The position numbers and the translations under genes were made by a program. Below are positions 38,641 through 51,500 of a DNA stretch of 64,000 nt, one piece after another. The notes beneath the pieces were generated by a model. That model was not told where the DNA came from. It worked only from the letters and a program-made list of their open reading frames with translations, and made no database searches. Source of the DNA: Balanoglossus misakiensis. Taxonomy: Eukaryota; Animalia; Hemichordata. The stretch spans positions 5,420,137 to 5,484,136 of the forward strand of contig CM082595.2 in NCBI GenBank assembly GCA_040954595.2, given 5' to 3'. Positions within the stretch are counted from its first letter, which is position 1. The number at the start of each line of letters is the position of its first letter.

Positions 38641-41600
38641 ACAATGTATTTATTTTACGCACACACATATCTATATACAAATGTAGTAAGACTTTTTAAT
38701 ATACACGTTCTATATAGAACGGTTTATTTTCTCGCAACTATATGCACACTGTAGGAGAAGGTGTTTTTATATGTGTTCTTGAATTATTCAGGAAACACCG
38801 ACATAGCAAGATAAGAATGATAAATATGAAATGTTATTCCTTTGGGCTTATCTTTGGCTGTATTTGTTATACATATTTTATCTGATCCACTGCTGCACAC
38901 ATTTGTAATAAAAGCCCTGAACTATAGAGAGATACAAATTTAAAAAGGTTTTTCGTCGTACGAATGTGATAGTAATTCAGCTACGTTTTTGCTGGAGGTT
39001 AAAGAGGCAATTTTCAATCCCGGGTCCTCGCATGCGTTCTTGGTTTCATTGTGCATAGTGTAGAAAGCCTTCGTTTTCGATTAAACTATTCATCAAGTTA
39101 ATCCATTTGGATGATTCAGCGAAAGCTGATAAAGAAAGTGTGCGTTTAATCCAGTGAGATACAGTTTGTAAACAAGAAAACATCTATGATAACACAAATG
39201 GGCCTTGACCCTGTGTTGCAACAACCAATTTATATTCAGCATCTCCTAATGCATGTCCAGCACATATATTGCTATTTTCAGATTAACATACATTCCAAAT
39301 ACGAGATACTCGTATTGTACTGTGCTTTACATTAGTTTGATTGCAATTTGCAGTGAACTATGGGAACTGAGTACCTTTTCCTATTGAAACTGCACTGTGA
39401 ACCCATATTTACAGGGTTACATTAATAAAACGTATATAATTGGTTATTTTTAAATTTATCAATATGAACAAATATATCAATACGAATACATGTATATCCA
39501 TTGTATACTATACAGTGGATGTGAAACCTACCGGTTTGCACCCCTATCGTTAAATGGTGCAGGCCACAGGACTCTGCGTATGCAGGATGTCAATACTTAA
39601 ACATTCTGTAATTGCTTTATACGTTTACGTTTACGTTTACAGAGTGAGAAGAGTGGGAGAAGTGGCGTAAACTTGCATCACATGGGGATGAGCTGAGAGT
39701 CCCTGGCAACTGTGATCGAAATCCTCCTCTCAAAGGCACTCTCTGTGGCTGCCTCGAAACGCTTATAAAGACGCGTAGCAATCCACGACCCAGTTAGCAA
39801 CATCCTGCGCCTGGGGTCTTCCTGTTATCCGCATCATATACACTCCAAATGCGTGAGGCTGACTTCACATCCGTATTCCCGTCCAGCAGGTACGTACAAT
39901 TTACATATGCATCTGGTCCTCTGGCCGGCACCATTTAACATGAACTTCAGCTTGTGTTTCTTTGGGCTGTGACCTAGAAATCTAAAATTAGGTTTTGCGC
40001 TGACCTGCCCTAAATAAGGTGCCAGATTCCCACTGCTTGCTCAGTACGAGTGATAAGATATCTCCCTTTGCACTCAACGAAGAAATTATTAGTCAGGAAA
40101 GTGTGGTTGGGATATTTATCAAACCTCTATAAGGCAATCGGATTTTCCCCTTTTGCTTTTAGAGTGAGAAAATCTTTAATGAATTCCATTGATTAGTCTC
40201 GTGGGTGCGAAATTGTTTCCATGGCGATGAGTTAACAGGCGTTGCTAGGGCAGGAGAGTATCCATTAATTGTGTAGGGGAAGTTCAAGGTATCGCAAAAT
40301 CAAACACAGGCAGTTACGACGTGTCGCATGCCAATGCTGTGAAAGATTTACCAGCAGTCATTTCATTGGAAGATTTTGCACAAAATTATAGAAATTATAT
40401 TTATTCACAATTGAAATATTCTAAACATTCTTAAATGTTATGATTTTCTGCAAACATGCAGATTGTTGATGTATGCAGGAATGAAAGAAACAGCCACTAC
40501 ATGATTATATCTGTTGACATTATTTTTTGTATTTGTGAGGCGTTATATTGCATCGATCGGATCCTTATACTGAAATATTATCCATCGCATAATACTGCGC
40601 CATGCTGTGAAACATCCTAAGGTTGATTGCATTGATTCACACAGAAACATCCGGGATGTGTAGTACTTGCTAACAAGATCGATGGCCTGTCGCATTCGCC
40701 CAGACTGTAAATTTCAATTTGACGCAGAGTGTATGTACATTCCTTCCTTTAATGGGCTCTACATCACTTGGCATTAGTGCATTACTCGCCTGTTTTTGGA
40801 TAATTTCCTAGCCAAGACTGGTTCAGAATAATTTCTCAAATAAACTACTGTCACAAAATATCAAAGCAGGCAGTGAATATTCTTTAAAAAGGTAAACAGT
40901 TAATGCAGTACACTGTATAATTATTTCATCATGTGTGGCTGTCAAGTATCTGAAATGTTTTTTAATAATAATTGAAATATTGTTAAAACTTCATTAGCTG
41001 TACCTCTTATTAATTTTGTTGATACAATGGTTTGAAATCAAAAGAAACCTATATAGTATGCGAAAATGATTGCTGAAGTGTGACCACAATGTAGTCATCA
41101 AATGTTGACGGAGGATGTATTGTAGAAACTAAATTATTGATGGCATGCAATCCAAGTCGTACATGGCCACCGACTACGGGTTATTCAAGTCTAATTCTTG
41201 CATTTCCAAACCGATCACAACACCCAGGGAAAGCAGATATTTTCATAGTTTAAATTGTACTTTTATTGCTCTCAGGAAGTATCTGATATATGCACAGACA
41301 GCATCTGTATGCTGTGCACGTAAAAATTAACATTCCTAACACAGCCTCTGTAAAAAGGTCAATGAGTTGATTTTACCATGACATTTAAGGATGAACATCA
41401 TAAATCAATAGTTGAATCATCCAGACTATGTTTTCTTCACGTCTGTAAGAACATTTGATATTTCTATAAGTTAAAGGTATATGGTCACTCATGCAAAATT
41501 AACCAGTGTTATCATGAAAAATTGAAGGATAGCCCATCACAGATTTTATGCAAAAAAAAAAATGTGCTACCTCATGGTCATTTGAATATTGTATATACTC

Positions 41601-42885
41601 CATGACTATATACGTATCAAGAATAATCTGATAAACTGATCTATATTGAGGCTTAAAATAGAATAATCCCCCCCCCACAGTATTTAAATTTGTACATTTC
41701 CTGATAAATTTTTAAAGATGAATATTATTGCCCATCATTTTTTCTGTGACAATTGTATGCTAGGAATTCACAAAGGATTTAATGTATCACACAGTACTTG
41801 TTCAAGTGGAAATTTCTTGTCTGAGTAGGGCTTAGTATTTCAAAGGCAGGCAGATTTTTAAGTCTCTCTTTAAAGGTCATATGATTTCAATAGTGTTCGT
41901 GAAAAGCGTAAATTGTCTGTAGTTGAGATGATCAATAGTCAAGTCTAAAAATATCACTATGAAAATGATGCAGTACTGAAGATTTCATTTCAGAAAAGAG
42001 ACTTATCCACTTAGAACATGAAATATGGAGCAAAAATACTGAAAATTGTCAGAATATTGCACACAGGATACTTGCACATGTTAAAAATGTATAGAGCCTG
42101 AGTATGACATTACTACATTCGTTTAATGCAGTTAAACGAACGAAATAGGACATATTCGGATTAACATTCGGACATTTATACAAGCAGAAAATAAGATCTC
42201 GACACATGAAAAATAAATCTCTACCTGTCTGATGTTTGTATCAATGGTCAAATGGTGTCTGCTGTGTGCAGGGATACAGAAAATGTTTGATAAAGGTGGC
42301 AGAGACATAGTGATGATAACAGTTCACTGTAAGATGTTGAATGTAGATTTTAGAGTACCCACCTTGTTCACTCACACGGGTCGTTAGCTCGACTACAGTA
42401 CCCTCTTAAATAGACTAAATTATTAAATATGTCAGTATTAACCAGATTGATGGCCTAGAAATGAACTGTTTACTTGAAAGAGGATCAGTTTGATTATAAT
42501 CTATCTTTGATAAGCGTGCCTGGAAAGAAGCTTATTAATATCTTAGTCATCTGGGAGTGATATTTGAATCCTAGTAGACAGGGCAGCAGTATGAGATACG
42601 AGTAATAACCAAAACATGGAGTCATCTATTGATGGTAATCAATGTGTCTATTTTGCTTCCGGCTGTTCCGAACCTCTGATCATATTTCCTGTGAAGTGGA
42701 GCAATGACCTACATATGGAATTATGGCTTGTTGAACTTTCAAAAACAAGTCATGGCGGTTTTAGACCCCTGTTACCATAAAATTGTACTCTATTATATAT
42801 GTAAGCTTTCCTGCTTCCTCAACTTTTCTGAGTATGTTGCTGATATGAATATAACTGTGTCTTTCAGCTCACTGTGAAAGGAATC

Positions 42886-43962
42886 ATGGAGGACAGCAAC
42901 AAAGATTTGGAGATCGAAACCACGGAGAAGCCCACGGAGAAAGAGGAAGCCATCATTAAAGAAAACACTGCTGTGAAATCGCCAGATTTGAAGACATCTG
43001 GTGGGGTTACGGACCCAGAGGATGATAAGAATGAGAAAGATGAGAAGGAAGTTGATGATATCGGGAATGAAATTAAGACGCATATTAAGGATGAAGAGAA
43101 GAAAGCCACTAAGAGGCACGTGCCGAGACAGCTGAGTCATGAGACGTACGCGATTGGATCGACGCTGCGAATGACCGACGAAGGGACGGAAGAGTCCGAA
43201 GACGAGGTTGACGATCGGGAGAGAGAGGAAAGAGAGGAACGGAAAGAAGCGGAGGACGTGTACGCGGAGGCTGCCGAGAGTATGATCGAGGATACGTTCG
43301 AGTATGGAGATTATGAAGTGGATTCGGAGGAGAGAGTGGCCAAGAACACCGAGCTGCTGATCCAAGTGATGGAGGAGTCGAAGCGGAAGAGACGCAGCAG
43401 TTGGAAGAGCGCCTGGGACGACGACGACGACCAGTTCGACGAGAGCGCCGAGATGAACGACGGCGAACAGTTTCTGTGGGCGGCCGAGAACAATCACCTG
43501 GACATCATCACCGAGCTGCTGGAGAAGAACCCGGGCCTCATCAACGTGCACGACGTCGACGAGTACACGCCGCTGCACCGCGCCTCCTACATGGGCCACC
43601 TGCGGGCCGCGGAGCTGCTGCTGAAGCACGGCGCCGACGTCGCCGCCCGCACGCAGGACGGCTGGCAGCCGCTGCACTCGGCCTGCAAGTGGAACAACGC
43701 CGAGGTGGCCTCCTTGCTGCTGCAGAACGGCGGCGACATCAACGCCGCGACCAACGGCGGACAGACCCCCCTCCACCTCGCGGCGTCCAACGTCGACGGC
43801 CGTGAAACTCTAGAACTGCTGCTAATGCATCGCTTCATCGACATCAACGTTAAAAACGCTGCTCATGAGACTGCATATGATATTGCTAAACGTTCCGGAA
43901 ACTATGGATACCTCTTTGATATTCACGCAAAGCAGCTGAATGATTTCAGTTTACAAGATTAA
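42886..43962 (+). CDS. ANKRD49: Ankyrin repeat domain-containing protein 49 with an extended acidic N-terminus (358 aa, single coding exon)
   Basis: FLWAAENN, DEYTPLHRASYMGH, DGWQPLHSACKWNN, TPLHLAA..ETLELLLM..ETAYDIAKR..YLF match ANKRD49 as I recall it. An acceptor CTTTCAG ends at 42867, upstream of ATG 42886. Confidence 0.92.
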   Translation: MEDSNKDLEIETTEKPTEKEEAIIKENTAVKSPDLKTSGGVTDPEDDKNEKDEKEVDDIGNEIKTHIKDEEKKATKRHVPRQLSHETYAIGSTLRMTDEGTEESEDEVDDREREEREERKEAEDVYAEAAESMIEDTFEYGDYEVDSEERVAKNTELLIQVMEESKRKRRSSWKSAWDDDDDQFDESAEMNDGEQFLWAAENNHLDIITELLEKNPGLINVHDVDEYTPLHRASYMGHLRAAELLLKHGADVAARTQDGWQPLHSACKWNNAEVASLLLQNGGDINAATNGGQTPLHLAASNVDGRETLELLLMHRFIDINVKNAAHETAYDIAKRSGNYGYLFDIHAKQLNDFSLQD

Positions 43963-44278
43963 AAGATTGGGTATAAACACCGATTTAAAATATGTAAATG
44001 CCCAATAGTAATGAGAAATGTGATAAATTGGCTATACACTATCACCAATAAAAGTGACGTTCAATAAATAACAAGACTGGCTAAAGTTACAGTACTTATA
44101 CACAAACTTTTCAGATTTACTATAAAGTATGATATAAAACAAGGTCCAATCTAATTACCAGGTACCAAGTATCATGTAGAACAAATACTTGTACCATACA
44201 ATAGCGCCATCTTGAGCCATTGTTAGCATATCTCTGGACTGGGTTACTGGCATATCTTGGTAGTATGCTACTCCTATT

Positions 44279-44497
44279 GCAATTGACACAAAGTGACGAA
44301 TTCTGTTACAATTGACACAAAGTGACAAATTCTGTTATAATTGAAACAAAGTAACAAATTCTGTTATAATTGACACAAAGTGACGAATTCTGTTATAATT
44401 GACACTTAGTGACAAATTCTGTTACAATTGAAACAAAGTAACAAGTTCTGTTATAATTGACACAAAGTGGCAATCTTTGTCACAATCGCCACAAAGT
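44279..44497. repeat. 29-bp minisatellite, about 7.5 units
   Basis: Unit CAATTGACACAAAGTGACGAATTCTGTTA repeated in tandem with minor variants. Confidence 0.95.
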
Positions 44498-46383
44498 TGA
44501 CTTGAATTTGCCTGAGACTGTATACATGATGTTATTTTGTCTTTCTAAAGTAAACTGATAGGTGTGCAGGTTTTCATCAACACTTTTTGTTGACAGTTGT
44601 TCCAAAATTTGGTGGTATATTGGTCAAACCTTAAACAATTCGTGCTATATATATATTGGAAAGACGGTATTCGATATAACAATTTCATAGAATGGAATTG
44701 TAACTGATGAAATGTTCCTTGTGGACACCTGTATTTTCCTAGTAAATTAAGTTGTGCTGATAAAAAATCAGATTCTGTGAACAGTGTTGTTTTAAATTCT
44801 GTTAATGTTGCAGAATATGGCTAATGTACCAGTACATATCTACCAAACATTCACTGTTTCTCCTTGTGTTTATCAATGTGAAATTTTATAAAAGACAAAC
44901 AATATTGAACAGTTTCAACCCAAAGTTTTCAGCGGACAAGTGCCTTTTATCTTGGCATTCCTGTTTAGACTTAAAATATAACTTGGAGAAATCTCTAAAC
45001 TTCAAACTGTTATCTTGCTTATCTTTTTGATCAGAAATGTTTATCATCAAGGCTATACTAAGTGTTCATGGCATAGTTGTTTTAGTCAAGCATGGGACCA
45101 CATCTTCACCCAGTTGCAATATGCATATATGATATGTCAGGGGTGTGCATAAAAAAACTATAATATCAAACCTGCAGAGGAACTTATTTGTAGTTACTTA
45201 TTCCACTCATAACATATCATCATCAATTTCATCATGGAGCTTTGTTGATTCTCGAGTATTGTTTTGTGTTTACCTGTGTTGTAAGACATATATTCACAAG
45301 GCTCTTATTCTAAGAGCTCAATTATTTCATTTACCTAATTTTACATTCATGTGTAGAATTGTAACCGTGCAATCCGTTTAGGAAACATCATCTCTAACAT
45401 TCAGAAGTGTATGTATTCAAAACACATACCTTGTTTATTCAGGGAACGGTCATATGAAATATGTGTGAGCAAGTAAGTAGGCCCCTATGTACTAAGTTGT
45501 GTCATTTTCTGTTGAATTTGTAATGAGTTATTGAATAAAATGTTGGAATATTTTCAGCAGAATTTGTCATTCTTGTGCGTTGTGCCTCTCGGGGTGGAAG
45601 TGATGTTGGTTCGAATTAAAGTGGGCATTTTGACGAAGATGATTGCAGTTGCTTGCAAATTCACAAGAGTCATTCATTGTCCCAATATAGGCATTGCTCG
45701 TGTGTGTGTGTGTTCTTCAATGTCTACCAGTGATTATATCCTACCGAATATGATAATCTTCACCTAAGAGGTCTTATTTCTGCAACCAAATACCCTAGCT
45801 TTCTGTTTAATAACTTCTAAACAGTGATACTTGAAGATTATTGGCATTCAATGCTTTATTGCGCGTATGCAAGCAGAATATTCATACAATTCTAAACGAA
45901 TTAAATACAGTAATACTGCAAATATTACATTTCATCGTGTGATATAAATTAAGGCACACAATTACCAACAAAGATTCATATATATGCAAGCATGTTTGAT
46001 TGATATAATTTGTTTGTTTTTCTATAATTGTTTATAAGAGTCGGGAATATATCCCACATGTAGTTACAAATTCACACTATGCAAACTTCACCGCAAGAAA
46101 ACAGCACTGTAATTAACATTGAAGGGACATGGTCGTCAAAACAGCATATGTGCACATGCAGTTTTTCTGTCTATAAAACAAATCGCCATTATTGCCAAAG
46201 ACAATTTGATGAATGGGATGGTGTACAGTGTAATACAAAGCAGCAATATCTTGTTAGCATGATGTTATGTACACTGTAACATATGAACTTTAAATGCCTA
46301 GTTTGACTATGTCCCAGCAGTAGACAGGACTTCTACCCCCTTCAATGCAACATCAATACAAGCACACTTACTTCCCCTGAATG

Positions 46384-46542
46384 TTAAAGGTATGCAGTCA
46401 CCTCTAATTTACTCATGCCTATATATACCCCCGGTAGTCCAAAGGGTATGTATAAGTGTTACCACCCACTAAAATCTGTGCTAGGCTATATTCAAATTTT
46501 CCATGGGTAAATTTGCTTACTTAGGTGACCATATACCTTTAT
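46384..46542. mobile_element. TTAA-associated MITE (Kolobok-like)
   Basis: TTAA-AGGTATGCAGTCACCT ... AGGTGACCATATACCT-TTAT imperfect inverted ends; a similar end TTAAAGGTATATGGTCAC occurs at 41471. Confidence 0.55.
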
Positions 46543-46676
46543 GTGAAAAGTATGTATTCAGACCAAAAGGCAAGTATTACATGTATTTGTTGAAAAGTTA
46601 CACACATATAGAACATCAAATAGAATTGGTTCAATTGTTAGAAAGAACTCAATTGTGCATTTATCAAAATGCCAAG

Positions 46677-46829
46677 TACAGTGAAACCTGTGTATTAAGG
46701 ACACCTGTGGAAACAGGGAATCTGTCCTCACAATTGAGCTGTCCTTTATGGACTTTTGTCGTGAAAATCTGTCCGTAATAGAGAGGTGTTCTGATTACAA
46801 AGGTGTCTGCAATGACAGGTTTGACTGTA
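46677..46829. mobile_element. Tc1/mariner (pogo/Tigger-like) MITE
   Basis: TA-CAGTGAAACCTGT..GACACC ... GGTGTC..ACAGGTTTGACTG-TA inverted ends with TA duplication; an isolated matching end lies at about 1996-2010. Confidence 0.75.
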
Positions 46830-48505
46830 TATCGCCCAGGGCATTTATTGCCCATTACTGTTGATTAGAAATAGCTGGTTCACTAAGCAGTTATCCCTTA
46901 AAAACACTATTTTATAGAATTTTGATCTGCATATAACACAGAGTTTCTCTTTCTCTTTTTCGAAACATAAAATCGGTCTTAATCAAGTTCTTGGTTTTAC
47001 CTTTTGACGTATCAGAGACCGATGTAAACCAATTAGGTTAATTTAGTTGATTTTTCAAGTTGGTTTGACTAAGGAAATAAGGAGAAATGGAAATATGTAT
47101 TAATACGTAGGAAACCTTACCAAATAAAACCCTAATAATGGCTTCTATTCTTACATGAATGCCATCACAGATGGCACTGTGGTTACGTTTTGACTTCATA
47201 CAAATTAATAATTCAAACGTCAGAGCTAGACACTGACTTGCTGGCCAGTACGTTGGCACTTTCGTCGAATGATCGACATTGATTTACACACTCGTTATTC
47301 ACTTCACTTTATGCTGTTAAATGGCATATACAGTAATATTTAAAGATTTGCTGATAGAGGTGCCATACCACTCTACATGAAACTTGGTGACATCTCCTTT
47401 TTAAAAGCCTAGCGTTTTTTTTATCACTAGACTCGCTTGCTTACTGCATTTCTATGATAAATGGAAGAGAAAAGACAGATTCAGACATTAGTCTCTACAG
47501 TCTCTGTGAAAAATGTAATTATTTATGCAGAGTATCTAAACAACTAGAACACTTGACTACTACGATGTAACACGTACGTTTGTCTATAACAAACCTCCAG
47601 AACTCAGAACTCATTCCTTACGCGTTACAATTCTTCTAGTTGTCTGAAATGGAAACCAGGCCATTCCAATATCTCACATTGCATCCCCCTTAGAGGGATA
47701 TATATCCACCAAAAAGGTAAAAAAGGAACGGCCTGATTTCCAATAAACTGTACTTATTTTTCAACTTGACATATTTTTCAAATTGACATATACATCAATT
47801 AGAAAAATCCATAGAAAAAGAATGCACAATACACGTCTATGAAATTTCAAATGAAAACAATAAACGCAAAGCCCGCGAGTCTAATGTAACCCCGATGTAT
47901 ATACCCACTTAAGTGTATATAACACGACATAGTTTAAACTCTTTCATCAAATACCTATTGGTTGACTTCTATTGTAAGGTTAGCCTACAAGTAAGCCAAC
48001 CTTAACGGATGGAAGGGTTAAATTCTTAACAGAAAATTACTATTCTTGGTGGCCTGCTTTAATAACTGGACAGCAGTTGAAAATGTTTGATATTTCAAGT
48101 TTGTTCTGTGCACTAAATATTCATTCGCCTTCTCTCATCTCACTTGAGTATATCGAAAGCATCAGCTTGTGAACTTAGTCCGTACCTGGGTAATGAAAAT
48201 GCAAAAGCCATGATTCTTTATGAATTTATGGCAAATGTTCACCCTATTGCCAAAACAGTCATGTTGGCTAATTGTTGAGGGTTCACCTGTAACCAGACAC
48301 TGGACAACTCTCAGCATTTCAGCAGAAACTGTAGAATATTTTGATACATAGAACAAACGGTAAAAATGATCAAAATTTTCCAACTGCTGTCCTGTTACTA
48401 GAATAGCCACATATTGAATGATTTGGCGGCTCTCCGCCAGATGGTTACATCACAGTCCCTGCAATAGACGGACTATGGTTAGATGGTACATGGTTGTGAT
48501 GGTGC

Positions 48506-51500
48506 TTATCGCATGAGGTTGTCGAGTTCTTGGTGCCTCATGTACGTGATCACATACTCCGGGTACACCTGGGTACTCTCGAAGATCACGAATATCGAGG
48601 GATTCGACTCGTTGTTGACGCACGAGTCGAACAGCTGGCCGAACGGGTCGTCGGCGCTCTTCGCCGGTGGCCGGACGTAGTCGGGTCGGCCTTGGATGTA
48701 GTCGCCGACGGCTACGCGCGCCAGGAAGATCTTGCGGTAGAGATTGCTGCTCTGCGTGTAGGAGTCCGAGTACTTCGCCGACGTCGCGAAGTACGTCCCC
48801 TTGCCGAATGCTGTACCGGTGCTGGAGCCGCTCAGACGCCAGTCGAAATTCTGGCGGCAGATGACGTCCACGAACTTTTCTGATGTGCCGTGGAACAAGT
48901 GACGAACTTCTACTTTGTTGTCTGATCGCCACTTCCTCATCGCTTCAGTTCGTCTTTATCAGAGAAAAAACACGAGGGGGGGGGGGGATTACAAATAAGA
49001 ACTGAACCAAACAAGAAAACCTCCGTACATGCAGGTGTCAGTTCACTGAAAAATTCGAACAGGTCATTTTTAACAAATGTCGATGAATGAATAATGACTT
49101 TTCAGACACTTTCAGAATTTTCGATATCACTCTTCAGAAACTCTGACATAATGATACAGGTAACTTAATTATTTTCACTCTTTGTTATCATAAACACGAA
49201 TCCCCGAAATTGCACGGAGCAAACTCTTGTGCATTTGACTATAAATGTACCTGACGTAGATTCGTATATCGTATCATGCATCAAATACAACATTTTTGCA
49301 TAAAGTGTGGGTTGCATTAAAGACTTGCTTTCAGTGGTCCTTACTATGTAAATTAGCAGATATTATTATACAAGGTCTATAACTGAACGCATGTCTCACC
49401 TTATAAGGAATTTCCACAATTCAATATTCTGCACTCTCTCTATGGACACAATCAAGTCATGCGGCATTGTTTCTTGGAACCGCTTGGCAACGAACTCATA
49501 CTCATCGGCGGTGCCTCCATTCTCTGCCAACGTGACCAATCGGTAGCCCCCTAGGTCCTTTGCTGACTTGTCCCAGTTTCGGGGAATATTTCCCGATCCC
49601 ATCGAGGGAATGCCGGTTGCTTTCCCGGCAACTTTTGCCTTCAGACCCAAAGACATGCTGCAGAAAATAGTGGGTTGTAGTCAATTGATTAACAAGCACC
49701 ATATCATACAGTAACTTTACCGCAATAGGTGTCCATGATTAACCTAAACAAGTCAATTATTTATATAGATGGTTATAAGATTATAGCATAGGGTTTCCTC
49801 ACTCCTTTTCGAAACCCTCGCACCTCTTCTCGTGGATTTGAACATGAGCAACCTTGCCATAATTTATGTACGTGTTATTTCAGTCAACCGTCTCCCGAGC
49901 TTATATGTTGTATTTCGAACGTGTTGCAAGTCAGTCTGTATATCGCTATACAAAGCATAAAACACTTACTCATTCACCAGAGTAACAATGGCGTGGTCGG
50001 ACAAATATTTGGGTCGTCTTCTTACTTCCTTCTTGGTTTTGTACTGGTCGTTTTGTTGATACATGTGGCCGAAGTACAGGGTGTATTTCTGTTCTCCAGC
50101 AGTGAACTGGTATGTATTGGGCGACCCCTTTTCCATGATGTAGTCCTGGTAGGCTTGCTCTATGTCCACACTTGTCGTTCCCGCCTGTTGTCCCAGTCCT
50201 CCCTAAGTCAGAATATAAAGCAACGCATGTCTGAATTTTCTCAGAACAAGTCAACTAGTGATACCTTACGACATATAGTAAACCGAGGCGAAGTGAAGGG
50301 GATTACCACGCGAAAACTCGCACTAAAGTTTTGGTCAACATTACGAGTTCGGAGTATGCATATGTTTAGCACGTACGGATATAATTCTTTAATAATTCTT
50401 TAATTCTTTATTAAGATGTCGTGGTTTAAACCAACATGTTTGTGGAGGGTTATTTCATTTTCTGCGGTTGGAAAAATATGTTTGTGAGAGGTATACCTGT
50501 ACGCGAAAAACACAAAGAAAAACAGTCGCATTCTTTCACTTGTTATTCGTTGCCCCTGAAAACGATTGTCATACGACATTCTATTGATTTATTTAGTATC
50601 GATCGAAGAGTTTAGCATAGAGTCGGAACCTTACACATCTTAAATCATATAAAAACTACGTGCACGAATTTGCAACTTATCATAGAGAGGGCCTTTGCAG
50701 TGCACACTGTCCAGATTGGCCTGCACAATTCCGATAAACGGGTGGCGTGATAATACTTATCGTGTTGAAGGTCGTACTATTGATTTGCTTGGACTCTGAA
50801 TTATGGGACAATCGTTAATGATATACACACCTTATCACCATATGGGTGCCACTGTCCGCTCTCGTCCTGCCAGTACCACAGCCATTCTGTGGCAAGTTTC
50901 TCATACTGCCTGGCTTTCACAGACGAGATGGTCGAGAGTCGTCGTAGTTGTTTGACTTTGCCCATTTTCACGTCGATAGCTACCATTTTACCGAAGTCTA
51001 CGAGTTTGCTTTCACCCCTGCAGATATAAACAGAAAATCCACAGTGGTATTATAGACAGAGAGACATTGAGAATACACCATGGAATGGAAAACTTAAAAA
51101 GATATCGACAAGCTAAGATAAAATGGCAGTTACATGATGCAATAAACTTGAAAGTCACTATAGTCTACAATATATTATCGCAATATATTGTCGCAATATG
51201 TCAAAAAAATAACTGTAATACGGCCAAAAATGATATTAGAATTCAAAACGAAAGTATTTGTAAATGAGATGACGCCATGATTGTCGGGGGCGTTTATATC
51301 ACACAGGCGACCGCGTGACTTTCACTTTCGTTTTGACTTCAGGGAATCCATGACGTGTGGGTGTCCTGATTGTGAAATCCAACAGCTGGCGTGGATATGC
51401 AGTTCATGTGGGCAGAAGACACTCCCACGCGACATAGGGCAAACTACCATGGCCCATCTGTTACACGGCACGTGAATTTACAGTTTCAAACAATGCCTGA

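Noticed and set aside
42793-43847. 327-aa antisense ORF and alternative-frame ORFs over ANKRD49
   Set aside because: By-products of GC-rich third codon positions; no recognisable domain.
44279-44497. 29-bp repeats of CRISPR-like length
   Set aside because: Head-to-tail with no unique spacers, in eukaryotic context; a minisatellite.
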